DNA of 64,000 nt from Octopus bimaculoides (GCF_001194135.2 NC_068990.1:2008966-2072965), one strand, 5' to 3'; positions 23,109 to 37,460 are shown, counted from the stretch's first letter. Notes: generated from the sequence alone by a model not told the origin. Program-made: numbers and translations.

Positions 23109-24357
23109 CCAGACAGAAAGGAATACATGTAAATAAGTAGTTATATACATATAGTTAGTAAGACTGATAAATAGACGCAAAGAATTTTACAGTGGACACT
23201 TTAGGACAGTAGAATCATTAATGTTAGCTAGCTTTAGAACTTCAGATTTCTCATTGTCGCATTCTACTTAAAAATATTACAGGAAACTTAGTCAATTTGC
23301 CTGGAGACTTAGACATTTGATAATGACAGTAGCTTGTTAGTGTTGTTTGATGTTGCTGCCATCGATCTCCATTGAAACAGCCCAGCAAGTTCGCTGTGTT
23401 TGATTGTGACTTTTATTTTTATCAGCGATAATCCACCATGAAATTACTCGAGCTCACACACACACGCACTAACACACACACAAACACACACACACACACA
23501 TACACACACACACACACACATGCAAACCTACACATTCACANNNNNNNNNNCACACACACACACACACATGCAAACCTACACATTCACACAAGACAGGTTG
23601 TGTGTGAGATCTGTCGTGGTAACGAAAGAGATTGTACATCAAACTTTTTATATGGTTTAAACGAAAATTGTTACACCAAAGTTATTTGACATGCAGCACT
23701 ACATCTAAAGAGAATAGGTACGTATATATATATNNNNNNNNNNNNNNNNNNNNNNNNNNNNNNNNNNNNNNNNNNNNNNNNNNNNNNNNNNNNNNNNNNN
23801 NNNNNNNNNNNNNNNNNNNNNNNNNNNNNNNNNNNNNNNNNNNNNNNNNNNNNNNNNNNNNNNNNNNNNNNNNNNNNNNNNNNNNNNNNNNNNNNNNNNN
23901 NNNNNNNNNNNNNNNNNNNNNNNNNNNNNNNNNNNNNNNNNNNNNNNNNNNNNNNNNNNNNNNNNNNNNNNNNNNNNNNNNNNNNNNNNNNNNNNNNNNN
24001 NNNNNNNNNNNNNNNNNNNNNNTATATATGTATATGTATATATACATATATGTATATATATACGTGTGTGTGTGTATACACATACACACGCACATAATTT
24101 GGAGAGCGACCCAACAATGCTGATAATCTGAAGGCGTTATGTAAGGTGAAACAGGTTGGTGCAGTATAAAATCTCAAACAATCTCTTTAATAGCATTTTA
24201 GGTTAAATTAGCGAGTTGTGAGGAAGGGTTGTCGTGTTGCAGAAACATGGCGTTTCATCGGTCGGGTCGCTGCAGTTGGATTGCCCATTAGGTGAAGGTC
24301 ACGGGCAACCCATCTGCTCGGCCAATTTCCCATTGGATTGGCGCTAATCCTCTAGAA

Positions 24358-24666
24358 CAGTGGTTCTCAACAGGAGTCCATATAAGATTTTTTGGGTGAG
24401 AGGTAGGTCACAAAAGCAATATAATAAATTTGGGGTCCATGGTAATATTTTAGAGGCCATGAAAAAGCTGTGGTCCAGACCGTTAAGTTGTTTGTGCAAT
24501 AAATTCGTTATACATAAAACATTTTTACAATATTTGTACAAGTCATAATAATGCTTAATTATAAAAACACAATAGGAATTTTTAAACCTCGAATGGCTTT
24601 GGGGTTCCACACAAGTAAAATAGGAATCAAAAGGGTCCCTATGTAGAAAATGGTTGAGAAACCCTG
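24358..24666. mobile_element. 309-bp hAT (Charlie-like) MITE
   Basis: TIRs CAGTGGTTCTCAAC / GTTGAGAAACCCTG (12/14). 8-bp TSD CTCTAGAA / CACTAGAA, matching the NTCTAGAN preference of Charlie hATs. Confidence 0.88.
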
Positions 24667-25116
24667 CACTAGAATGAGCTCTTTCAATTAATCCAGATTG
24701 AAGTTAACAGATGAACCGGAATGCGGAGAAAACTACTTCTGTGAACTTCTTTTATTAATAATGCTCTATCTGTATTCGATACAAATATCACGACCAGCTT
24801 TGGCAACTTTGGAACTTTGACTGAAAGCGAAGAGAAACAGGTGGCAAAATTGCTCATGCATTTACTTGTCATTCCGTAGTCATGTGTTTGAAGTTTTTTT
24901 CAAAACGATAAGCAAAATTTATAGAGGAAGCACAAATCTACAGATAAAAAAATATCTGTGTTAATTTTCCGTGTCAGTTCAATTAAATTCAAATAATATT
25001 AGAAAGAAACGAGCTCATTTATCCGAATTGTGTGTGTGTGTGTGTGTGTGTGCATTAGTATAATGCACTCGCACGTGAGAGAGAGAATGAGAGTAACATA
25101 TGTACATACATACATT

Positions 25117-25191
<75 letters not shown>

Positions 25192-25202
25192 TTACAAATA
25201 GA

Positions 25203-25320
25203 AAGGAACGCAGAAAAAGGGTGCCTCCTTGAAATATTCCTCTTCTAATGGGGATGTCTTTTGTTTTTAAAATTCTCTTTTTCGTTTGTAGCTGCAAAAT
25301 GGTTTGTCGTTTACTCATTG
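25203..25320 (-). mobile_element. Small RT fragment of an R4/Dong-like element
   Basis: TKDIPIRRGIFQGGTL resembles the I.IKRGIFQGDSLSP RT motif. Confidence 0.6.
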
Positions 25321-25572
25321 CAGTTTTTATGTATTTTTTCCATTATTGCAATTGTTACCTAACTCATAGCTAATATTTCTGGGATTCACGTGTATGGAAT
25401 AATCGTTAAAAGCCTTCCAGTAGTCAATCCATACCATACTCAGATTCGTTTCCCTTCGGCAGTTTTCAGTTATGACTTTGTTGATAAATAACTTCTCTTT
25501 ATAGCCATATGAGCCTGGGGCAGCATACTTTCTTTTCTTTTGGAAACAATTTGTTTTCTTCCAGATATCATA

Positions 25573-25749
25573 GGCGCAGGAGTGGCTGTGTGGTAAGAAG
25601 CTTGCTTTCTAACCACATAGTTCTAGGTTCAGTCCCACAGCGTGCTTTGTGGCACCTTGGGCAAATGTCTTCTACCATAGCCTCAGGCCGATCAAAGCCT
25701 TGTGAATGGATTTGGTAGACATAAACTGAAAGAAGCTCGNNNNNNNNNN

Positions 25750-25788
<39 letters not shown>

Positions 25789-25980
25789 GCGTGTGTGTGC
25801 GTGTCACCACCGATTGACAATCTGTGTTGACGTGTTTACGTCACCGTAACTTTGCAGTTCGGCAAAGCGACTGATAGAAAAAAACTGGGGGTCGATTCGT
25901 TTGACTAAAATTCTTTAAGGTGGTGCCTTAGCATGGCCGCAGTCTAATGAACGAAACAAGTACAAAAGTAAAAGAATAAA
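25573..25980 (+). mobile_element. SINE family B
   Basis: GGCGCAGGAGTGGCTGTGTGGTAAG head, GGTTCAGTCCC box B, CORE-like GGCACCTTGGGCAAATGTC, internal (TA)n/(TG)n, GCATGGCCGCAGTC tail. Confidence 0.85.
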
Positions 25981-26829
25981 AGTATATCTGCTTACTCCTG
26001 CAATATTATTTCAGTAAAGGCTTTGTAAGTTGCAGTGAGACATAGTTCTGTGGGTTTTTAGCTGATTTTGTTTTGCAATTTCTTTATTTTTCTGTGTAAG
26101 TTCATGTTATTGCAGTTATAACCAAATATATTACAACTACGTCCATTTTGTCTCGTGTTTCAAGTTCCACATTATCGAATTCGTTCCTTTATTAAATCGA
26201 GAGTACGATGTACGCAGATCCGGTTGCTATTTCTAGCAGGTCGTCGACTTCTTAGGTGGCTATATCCCTCTCCCGTTGTTGTAGTTGTTGATGCTGTTTA
26301 GACCCCCAGATCAGTTCTGGTGTTATGAATAACTAAGATTACCGAATGTGAACTTAATATTTTGAAGACGCCAAGGTGTGATTTCAGGAGCAGTTGGCTA
26401 CTTATTATTGCACGTCGAACAGCCAATTAGAAGCTCCTTCATAAACTTGTTAAGCCAGGTATCGATTCCTTGACAGCTTCGCTTTTAAAAACATCGCTAT
26501 TGCTGCGGACGTAGTCGTTAATGGGATTTTCGTTATCGTAGTTGTTATCTTTTACTCGGTATTGTTATATTTATTGTTAAGTCCGAGCCCAGTTTAGGTT
26601 GCGCAAACCTATAATCAAAGGCTTTCCATCCGTGTCCATCACTTACTGTTCCCAGACCTACTGCAACTAGGCGTATCCAATTTGTCCTTTGCATTTTGGT
26701 AGTGTATGATATCAAACAGTACGAAAATATAAGCATGAAATATAACCGCTATTTCGATGTGACAGGTTAAGCTATCTTTGAGAGGCTTCGTCACAGAATG
26801 AATGCTGTTGTTAACATGGAAAATTAGTG

Positions 26830-27020
26830 TGAAACGGAGAGCTGGCATGATCGTTAGTACGCCGGGAAAAATGCTTAACGGCATTTCGACCGTCTTTAGA
26901 TTTTGAGTTCAAATGCCACTGAGGTCAATTTGGCCGTTCATCCTTTCGGTGTCTATAGATTACATACCAGTTGATCACTGGGGCCGATGTCACCGACGAG
27001 TCTCTTTAGCCCCAAATCGT
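26830..27020 (+). mobile_element. SINE family A, diverged; further copies at about 30690-30890(+), 31340-31500(-), 38600-38790(-), 42200-42280(-), 42830-43045(-), 44170-44365(-), 52405-52560(+) and 55455-55540(-)
   Basis: Same box A/B and GTCGACTTTGCCTTTCATCC core, variably decayed. Confidence 0.75.
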
Positions 27021-27574
27021 TGGCTGTGTGAAGAGATTGAGTGGTTATATGGAATTGCACTGTCGGTTCATGGGTTTTAAGGTAAAGTACTTTTGGCTTT
27101 TATTTCATTATGCTTGTAATGATACGATGAAACTTGAACAAATAGTTAAAAAGGTTACTTCTCAATTACAAGCTCCCGAATTCAATCCCTCCGCGTCGTC
27201 TCCTCCACAATTGTCTTTTACAATAGCCTTAACACAACTCAAGCTTTGTGACTTATATTTAGTAGACAACATCTACTCAGTAGCCCGTCAGGTGGTGCAA
27301 ATGATCTAACGGGTAATTTAAAAATTCGGTCCTGTCACATACTGTGTTTGCTGAATTGTGTCAATACGTACCTGTGGAATACTTGGAATACTTTCTCACT
27401 AAGATACTAATTTAACGAAGGAATTAATTCAGTTGGTCAAATAACTAACTGAGATCATACAAGCCATAACTAAACAGCTGTCGAGAATTGGTACAAGCAG
27501 ACGTAGAAATGCTACTTGGAAAAGGAAAAATAAACGTCCTACAATAGTAGAGAGAAAGACAGACAGACAACAAG

Positions 27575-27818
<244 letters not shown>

Positions 27819-28158
27819 CGAAGGACTGATTTACTACAGACCTACCGAGGTTGACGTGATTTATTAGCCACAAGTCAAATTTGGTAAAAAAACTCTATGA
27901 ACAAAGATGTTCTAATGTGACCATCCTGTCTGATTTTGACATCAGGGACTGACTACATTGTCTATAAAATGATAGGTCAGTGGAATTGAGCCATATTTGG
28001 TTGCTGTTTCTAGTTTGTTGAGCATCCACGTCACTACTCGTCTCCCCCACTTCTCTCTTCTTGGTTTGCTCAGAAAATTGGAGTTAGGTCTGGCGGATCA
28101 AGATTAACCGTAGCCAGCTAACGAGGTGTCCTCTCGTGACTCATCTGGGGATAAACAA

Positions 28159-28194
<36 letters not shown>

Positions 28195-28833
28195 AAACGA
28201 CCATAACACCACGAACAATATAACATCAACACGGACAGCAGCAGCAACAACAACGAATTCTCTTATATCTGAAACTATAGAGAAGAGAATTGATTAAAGT
28301 CTTCTGTAGTAAGAGTTACTTTGAAAAATTTAACAAATAAATAAATATATAAAAAGGAAAGACTGAAAGAAAAAAGAAGAAACAGAAATTATTTACAAAT
28401 TATTGACGGTGATATTAATTTTCATAAAACTGGATAACTTTGTAGACAGTTATTTGGAAATTTGAAATCCACTTTCATTGATAATCATGCCACGTAAATA
28501 ACTAAATTGAATTCTTCTTCATAGAAAGACTACCTACTTGAGATTTTGTTTGATATTCCATCCAAAACAGTGTACCGTTCTTATAATACAACTTTTCTGT
28601 TTACATATTCAAATTTCTATTTGTTTCGTTTCTTTTTTTTTAATTTTATTTATTCTCATTCTTGAATCAAGCTATCTATTCAGTCGAAATTGTTATTCTG
28701 TGTATTTCCCTCCCCCCCCCAACACTTCCTCATGCCTCTCCACTTCCTTCCAATTTTTATATATCATTGTATTAAACGTAGCATTCGCCTTATTGTATTT
28801 CTGTCTGTGAGTTTAAAAGAGCTACGACTCTAT

Positions 28834-29867
28834 TGTTTCTATGCACACTCCCCACTGTGCTGCTATCTTTCACTATTATGTTACTCTCTTAACTCCAGTC
28901 ATCAAATTATCATATTTTAAACTGTAAAACCGATATCCGTCATATAGAATTCATTTTGTAGTAGTAGTTTTCTTATTCTGTAATAATTTCCATTTTATTC
29001 ATCATTAGTACAGATTTTTGAAAGCATTGAATCTACAAATACATCTATGAAAAGAAGAAAAGAAATGGTCGGCCCAGACAATTCTAATATTTATATGTCT
29101 CTCTTTCGAATTTATTGCTTTTTTTTATATCTTCATCAGTAGTTTGGTATAGTATTTCTTTTATTGCAAAGAAGTTTTAAAGTTTCACCACTTTTGTTTG
29201 GTTAGTTATCATATAGCGCAATTAAGTTAGACACTGTCGGAGCAATATCACAATTTGACAGGGCGCAGCCATTTCATCATCATCGCATCGCCCAAACTTA
29301 TCGATTTATAGACTTCAGATTGGGAGAAACAATCGATGTTTTAAACATGTTCTCGTAATGCTGAGTACAGATTTTAGATTGTGCTATATTTCGGTGAATG
29401 TCTTTTCTTTTTAAAAACTATTTTAGATCACGAATGATACGGAATATAGTGGTTTCTAAAATGCTCATTTCTAGTTCATTGTATTTCTGACGAGAGAGCA
29501 ACACAGCATTGCTAACAATGTTTCGTTGTTCTCCTGGAACAGATATCATTTTTCAGTCTAGCCTCCATCCAAATATAGTATAAACTAGGACTAGATTTAT
29601 GTGGTGAATTAACCCAGTCGTTAGCGTGTTGGTTTTGAATAAATGCTGCCTCAGAGTACTTGTTCCATTTCTGTTTCTATGCTCACTCCCCACTGTGCTG
29701 CTATCTTCCACTATTATGTTGCTCTCTCAACTCCAGTCATCAAATTATCATATTTTAAACTGTAAAACCGATATCCGTCATATAGAATTCATTTTGTAGT
29801 AGTAGTTTTCTTATTCTGTAATAATTTCCATTTTATTCATCATTAGTGCAGATTTTTGAAAGCATTG
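28834..29867 (+). repeat. 196-bp direct repeat pair (28834-29029 and 29672-29867)
   Basis: By-eye alignment gives 5 substitutions, no indels, offset 838 bp. Confidence 0.92.
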
Positions 29868-30204
29868 TGGCCTGTGTTCAAATCTAGTTCACTGTGGCCT
29901 GAGTTCAAATCTAGCCGAAATTATCTTGGACTCTCATCCTTTCAGGGATCAGCAAAATAAGATATCGGTGTAAAGTGGTTAACTGGCGGAATTCTTAGAT
30001 CGTTGGATGGAATGCCTTACGATAGCTGTCCTGGATCTGTGCAATCGAATTTCAAATCCCATTCCGTCTCCGAAAATCAGTGACACGTGTTAGAGTTTGC
30101 GACAGACAGAAAGTATCAGCTATTTGTAAAAAAAATAAAAGAAAAAAGTGATCACGTGTCCCACCAATTTTTTAAAGAATTCCTCTTGACACATGGTTAT
30201 AAAG

Positions 30205-30620
30205 ATTCCCTACCCGCTACTTCTGCTCGTGATCAGAGATGCACATATCGTCACCCACTAAGGGACATACTCAACTGGTTAAGGTAAAGCAACTGACAAG
30301 TAAATCTGTGGTATTGATGAACAAAATACCTTTTTTTTTTTTCCAAAGGTGAATTATTCAGACCCCACCAAATTCCTCTCAATACATGGCCATGATGATC
30401 CCCTACTACTTCTCCTTATGATCAGAGATGTACATATCGCCAGCCACTAAGGGAAATGCCCAACTGCTTGAGGTTAGACACCCGACGAGCAAATCTGTGG
30501 TATTGAGCAGAATATTTGCTGTAGCCTATCTTTTACCCCATAACAAACATGGTCGTGATAACACTTATAATCTGTTAAGATCAGAGGCCATGAATGCTAC
30601 TACCTGGTACTGCATCATCA
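30205..30620 (+). repeat. Two tandem copies of an unclassified interspersed repeat, also present at about 41405-41500(-)
   Basis: CTACTTCT..GTGATCAGAGATGCACATATCG.CA.CCACTAAGGG...AAATCTGTGGTATTGA occurs twice here, and AAATCTGTGATATTGAGC..CCATCTTTTATACC occurs inverted near 41450. Confidence 0.7.
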
Positions 30621-32705
30621 TCATCATCATCATCGTCGTCGTCGTCGTCATAATCATCATCATTGCCTTCATCATAATGAAAATGCTTTGCAGCATTTCG
30701 TCAGTTTTTACGTTCTGAATTCAATGCCGTTGTGGTCGAGTTTGCCTTTCATCCTTTCGATGTCGATGAAATAAATACCATTTGAATATAGGAGTCGATG
30801 AAATGAATAACATCTAATCATTGGTGTTGATGTAATCGACTAACCCTCTGCCGCCCAAAATTCCAGGCCTTGTACCTGTAGTGGAAAGGATTGTTAGATT
30901 TGAAAGATTATGTGTCTTACAGAAGGAGAACAAATTCTCAACTAATAAAGATTAATTGACATTGGTAAGATGAAGAGTGAAATCATTACTGGAATGAATG
31001 AAATTCAGGAAGAAAATTGAGCTAAGCAAATAACCCTCCGAATTTAGTGTAACTCATCCTTCAACGGAACCGATGAGTAACGCAGGGTCGGCTGAGAAAT
31101 GGCTTACAGCCACTGCAAAACACTCGCATAACCACTGCATCCTTAATATAAAAGCAGGAGATAATAAAGGTGGTTCTGTGTGCTGGTTCGACCTGTTACA
31201 AACAATTTTCATATTCTACCATCTTGGGGAAGAAAAAATAATAACATCAATTAATATAGCTTTCGAAACATTTTTCCTGATAATAAATATATGACGACTA
31301 CCCTAGGAACGTCTTTGATCATAGTTTCTTTTTTCTTTTCTGGTGAAGGCACAGGACTAATGATATCGACCCAAGTACTTGATTGGTACCTAATTTATCG
31401 ACTGGTACCTAATTTATCGACTTCGCTGAGAATAGAACTCTGAACATATATGGACGTAGCTAAGTACGACCAGACTTCTGCCTGACACTAACACTTCTGC
31501 CAATTCCCTGTCCACATAATATCACAAATGATCGCAAAATATTGCCAATCGTAAAACCTTTCAAAGAGACCAATCAATGTAACTGCTAATACGATGGCTA
31601 ATAATACGCAGTGTTAAAATATATATATTTTACTATGGCTTGTAGTTGGGAACCAATAAAGCTAGTGTGAATACCATTAATTTGCCTCCCGAATAACACC
31701 CATATTACTAGGTAAAGCAATAATAAGAGTAAGCACAAATAAAAAAAAAATAAATAAATCACCCACTGTAGTAAGGCTGCAATTAACGTTCTGAAAGTTA
31801 AGATCGTGGCCAATCACAGAACATAAATGTCGAGTTTATTCCCCACAACATTATGCATGGTCATGTATCTGTACAATTACACATATCATCACGTACACAC
31901 ACACGCATGCAAACATACACACACGCACAGATATATATATATATATATAGATACACACACACGCACATATGTGTGTTTATTTCTGTGTCTTTGTGTATGT
32001 GTGCGTGCTTGTGTGTCTGTGTGTGTACACGCTTGTACAAACACACAAATGCGCATAAATACACATACATAAACATTCTCGCACAACACAAAGACACACA
32101 CACACACACACACATACATACATACATACATACATACATNNNNNNNNNNTATATATATATATTTGTTTATAGTCTCAGCTTAGAGCTGCGGCCATGCTGA
32201 TGTACCTCCGTATATAAACTACATTCATACTGATGCGTATGCGCTTCTTACATATACACAACTAACTCACCTTCCTTTCTTCCACCACAACAACCTCCAT
32301 ACTATCTACTTATCTACAAACTTTCAATACACTCATATTAACATTTAGGAAAAAAACGTGTTTAACTGCAGATTAAAGATACCCTTACTAAACAGCAAGA
32401 AAGGTTCGAATAAAAATGGGACGATGAAAAAGAAAGAAAGAAAGACGGAAGAGACAGTGAGAGCTGACAGTATAAACAAAGGAATCAGAACAACAGCCGT
32501 ATTAAATGTGCAGAAATGTGGAGACAAGTATCTGCATTACATACAATTTCATTTCATTTCTTTTTACTTAAATATATTTATTTAAACATTCGCTGCAGAC
32601 AAAAGTAGTGGAAGTGATTCATAAAATGTCTGTTGTTGTGTGTTTTCCATTAACCACTTGCGGAAGATTCACAGACGGAATAATTTGAAAGACGCGTTCA
32701 ACGAT

Positions 32706-32761
<56 letters not shown>

Positions 32762-33592
32762 TTATATATTTATACATACGTACACACACACACACATACA
32801 CACACACATATATATATATGTATACACACATATATATATACATATTTATGAACATGCAGTCAAATGTATAAATATATTACTGATCTATGATTTAGACTGT
32901 GCTCCTTTTTCGGAATATATAATACACTGACGATATATATATATATATATATATATAATATTTATATAAACTCACACGCACGCACNNNNNNNNNNTATAT
33001 ATATATAATATTTATATAAACTCACACGCACGCACACACACACATACAAAGTATTTACGTGTCTCGTGTGATTTAGATCCGATTCTCATCTGACAGTCTG
33101 ATCTCAACGGAGACGAACGAATAAAAGAATGATGCAATTGTACAGAATAAAGGATCTAAAAGAAATGTGTGTGTGTGTGTGTGTGTGTGTGTTCCAGAAG
33201 AGAGCTACGGAACAAAGCACACTAAATATGTAAGGAATCAATAGTGACGTAAATAACTGACTAGGCTCTGTTTACGAAGTATCCGATTTTGTACTACGTG
33301 AATTTTTTTTTGTTTCGTTCGTTATACGTCCATTTATCAATGCCATCATGGACTTAACAAATATGTTATTGCGGCATTGTTTCACAGCGGGATGGGTTTT
33401 CCCCACGCTAATCGTTATCTTTTACCTGGTAAAGGATCTCTCCTTTCACAAGTTTCGAGGGTGCGAGACGAGCGAATGATCTAGTGGCAGGAGAAATGTT
33501 AACAAAACACTGCGTGGAGGTTGTGATTTCTGAATAAACACGACATAGATGGAAACAGAGACACAGGCACACACACGTGCACGTACAAAAGC

Positions 33593-33640
<48 letters not shown>

Positions 33641-34215
33641 AGACACGCACACACAAGGTGATGCATGTATGTATGTATGTATGTATGACATGTTTGTTCA
33701 GGTCTCACTCTTCGTTCTTTCGTTCCCCCTCTCTCACATGTCATTGCCTTCTCTTCATGCTCACTTTCCCTCGTCTTTTCACTTCATTGTCTCCCTGTTA
33801 TTTTCTCTCTTCCCTCCTTATTTCTTCTGTTCCTCTGCCTCTACCTCTCTCTCTCTCTCTCTTCTCTCCCCAGGTGACCGGTGTTAGGCCAAGCCTGACC
33901 TTTCTCTCTTGGTTTGGCCGCTGTTTGTGCAACATCTATATTCTTCCCTGTGCCTGTGAAACATTGTATCCCTGCCGTAAGGCCCTACTTCCACACACGC
34001 CAGCTTAATCTAATTCGTCCTTAACCGAAAGACGCCTGTTGTTTTGTCCTGTTATTTGTATTTGTGTAACCTTCTCGGTTTTTTTCCGTCCTTGTTTACT
34101 TTGTATCGTCTATCTGGATGTTTTGTTGTCCCTTTCTTGTATTCTTGTAGCACCCAACTGCCTGGATATTTTGCGTTCTTGTCCCGTTTTGTATATCTAT
34201 ATCTATATATATATA

Positions 34216-34254
<39 letters not shown>

Positions 34255-34959
34255 CCTGATAGCCCGAAAATTATCTATCTATCTACCCGTACCTGCGTGC
34301 GCACGTACACACATATACATACACCCCCCACACACACTGTCTCACATACACATGTATATATAATTGGCCAATATCGTTTTAGTCAAGTGAAAAGTAATAG
34401 AATTGCCCATTTACAAAAATTTTTCATGTTAGATATTGAGAGGCAAATCAAACTATCATCGGGGATAGCTGAAACGACCCGTTATTTGTTACTAGAAGTC
34501 TGAAAGCATAAATGCCGATGTATGTGTCTCAGTGATGCTGCAAGAAAGCACACGAATCGAAATCAAATAGAAAAAAGAATAGGTAAACTTATTTCGCTTA
34601 TCAGAACTCTACTCCTTAGATTAGTCCCTTTTAGCCAGTGAGTAGCCATGACAAAGGGTTCACTCCCATTTATAGGATATTTTTTTAGAGAGGAGATGGG
34701 ATAAGGGCTGAATGAGATTGTGACGCAAAGACATGTTGAGCAGCGGAAATACTGACGGTGTTGGGGAGGGTAACAATTCTTAAATCTGTGTGTGAACTTG
34801 TACATTAATCTATGTTGATAGGTCTGTACACATAAAAGCTGAAGGTTGCGAAAACATTAACTCTGGGAGAGAAAAATAGTGAGAGTGGAAGCTATGACTA
34901 TAATATTCATATTCATGGTTCAGCTGGTCAGGTAGCTAAAACATACCTGGGGTAAAATA

Positions 34960-35735
34960 AACCTCACTTTCAAGGTTCAGGTATACTTCTGGATGGAGCA
35001 TGTTATTCAGTTGGATTCTTTTCTCTGTGAAGCATTCTATAACTCTTACTTTTGCTAAGTCAAGGTCTGAAATTTTCCAGTATCCTACAGGTGATGTTGT
35101 AATGTGCAATATTCTCTTTCAATATCGATATATGTCTCGCAAAAGTTGTGACATTACGGCTCTCCTGCATATATTAACCGTGGATTTGGGGTTGATGAAC
35201 CTGGACATAAAGAAGCTTCCGTCGCACTCAGGTATTCCCATACACATCTTCTTCGACACAATCTCCGCCTCATGCACGAAGGGACCCGTATTGCCTCAAC
35301 CGTTTAAGGGACATGTGCTGTTACTTCTGCACGAGGAGTCTACTTATTTGCTATATGTGAATTTAATATTTTCTTTATACCTGGTGCACAGCTGAAAGAA
35401 ATCCTTAAAATATGGCTATTAAGTATGCCTATTCTATACCTATGTTTTTGAGGAAAATGACATTTTATAAACATAAGGGAGAGCCCATCTACACAATTTG
35501 TAGTATTAATGGAAAGCGGAATTGTGAATCATATGAACAAATGGGAGTACTTCATTTTTGAGAGGTTAGAGCCAGGGCCTCACTATTGTGTGGGATGCGG
35601 CGTGGAAGACCCCTTAATTGAAGATGACTTGGACATTCTTCTACTAACATTCTTTACCAAACTAGGTTTTTGAAAACTATGGTTAGATGGTAGAAAGGAT
35701 GCCGATATGTTAGCATCTAATTCGGTTTCCTGACA
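34960..35735 (-). mobile_element. Penelope-like element: RT-EN linker and GIY-YIG endonuclease, decayed
   Basis: Minus, across frameshifts: SNHS..LVKNVSRRMSKSSS / FTIPLS...KCHFPQKHRY...ILRISFSCAPGIKKILNSH / CRSNSTCPLNG*GNTGPFVHEAEI..MGIPE..FMSRFINPKST / LKENIAHYNITCRIL..SKSKSY..REK. This follows the PLE pattern SNHP..KRIS.LSS, WFNPPYS, HFP, K+SYSC, CNC...CPL.G.C, GIY-YIG. Confidence 0.8.
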
Positions 35736-35739
35736 CGTG

Positions 35740-35772
<33 letters not shown>

Positions 35773-35780
35773 TAGATATA

Positions 35781-36393
35781 TTCATGACACGCATTCAGTC
35801 GTGACTGCTTTTGATCTTCCGTAAGCAAGCGAAAAACAAATTTTGCTGCAACTCTTTTCATTCGTAATTCCTCTCTCAGCATTCGTTTGGCGAAGCTCAA
35901 GGACACACCGGTCATATCAACAATTTCGGCAATTGTCCGGTGACGGTCCTCCGAGATCAGTTCATGAATTTTCGTGACTTTTGCATTCGTTCGGGAGTTC
36001 GACGGTCGCCCTGAACAACGTTGGCCTTCAAGCGAAAAGTGGCCATTTCTAAAGCGCAAAAACCACTCATAAACTTGTGCTTTACTCATAGTAGCATCCT
36101 TGTAAGCTGTTTGAAGCATGAGAACTGTTTGGGTCAATAATTTCCCCAGCAGAAAGCAAAATTGCATGGAAGTATGTTGTTCCTTCGTTCATGTATCACA
36201 AAAATCGATCGATGAACAGGGCAGAAGCACTGCATAACAAAACGCAGCACACGGCAGTCTGACACCACATGACAACGCCAATCGGCAGACTGATGCCTGA
36301 GAATCGCAACAAGTGGCTTCTAGCGGCAGAACTCTGAAATACAACGGGCTTGTTCCACAGAGAACGTACCTGATTACTTTTAGGTACCTCCTA
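35781..36393 (-). mobile_element. Mariner (Tc1/mariner) 5' fragment: TIR plus HTH half of the transposase
   Basis: EQHTSMQFCFLLGK...AYKDATMSKAQVYEWFLRFRNG..SLE....SGRP...IHELISEDRHRTI.EI...LREELRMKRVAAKFVFRLLTEDQKQSRLNACHE. TIR-like TA-GGAGGTACCTAAAAGTAATCAGG at about 36369-36393. DD34D domain absent. Confidence 0.92.
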
Positions 36394-36430
36394 GTGTATA
36401 CACACACACACACACACATACACACACACA

Positions 36431-36529
<99 letters not shown>

Positions 36530-36993
36530 AATCCAATATAAAGAAAGATTGGAAATTAAAACAAAATAACTCATGGGCGATTTTAGCAAGCTGCTGATTC
36601 AGCCAATGTAAATTATTTTAACCGTTACACTACATTTCGTCCATGTGTTAGAAAGATAATAGGAATACTTTGCATTGAAAATTCTATCGTATATCAGATA
36701 AGTGGTCGAATTCATCTCAGAATGGAAAACTGTATAATACAGTTAAAGTAACCTATGACACGCGTGTTAGCAGTGATATTCGCTGTCGTTTCTAGGTGAC
36801 AGCCATGGAATTTGAAGTATCTCTCAGGATTAAATTAGACAAACATTGTATATTGTGAGGGTCATTTTTTTGCCAATAAAACGTACACACGAGTTCTATT
36901 TCACTTATCATCCTCCACCTCCTCTTCATTATCATCATCAACATCGTCATTGCCGTCGTCCTTATAATCAATATTACTATTAACACTAACATT

Positions 36994-37412
36994 GCGAGCT
37001 GGCAAGATGGGTAGCATACCGGGGGGAAACGCTTGCGGCACTTCGTTCATTTTTACATTACGAGTTAAAATTCCGCCGAGTCGACATTGCCTTTCATCAC
37101 TTCAGGGTCTAAAAAATAAGTACCATTTGAGGATTGGAGTCAATGTAGCCGACATACTTCTCCGAAATTGATGGCATTGTACCATAATTTGAAACTAATT
37201 AAGGTGGTGAGCTGGCAGAGTCGTTGGCATACCGGTAGAAATGCATAGCAACATTTCGTCAGTCTTTATGTTCTAAGTTCAATTTCCACCGAGGTCGACT
37301 TTGCCTCTCATCCTTTCGGGGCCGATAAAACAAGTCCTGGTTGACCATTGAGGTCGATGTAAGCGACTACTCCTTCCCCCAAATTTCGGACCTTGTGCCT
37401 ATAATAGAAAGG

Positions 37413-37413
<1 letters not shown>
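36994..37413 (+). mobile_element. Two tandem SINE family A copies
   Basis: Starts at about 36994 and 37203; the second ends in a (TTA)n tract. Confidence 0.8.

Positions 37414-37457
<44 letters not shown>

Positions 37458-37460
<3 letters not shown>

Noticed and set aside
29050-29640. Possible decayed LINE endonuclease on minus (NKSGETLKLLC...)
   Set aside because: Too few motifs to separate from noise by eye.
32930-33040. Direct repeats across 10-N gaps (also 23490-23590)
   Set aside because: Identical sequence on both sides of a placeholder gap indicates unmerged contig overlap.
35583-35760. Treating all of ORF 35583..36167 as mariner transposase
   Set aside because: The part after the microsatellite matches Penelope-like linker motifs, not the mariner DD34D domain.
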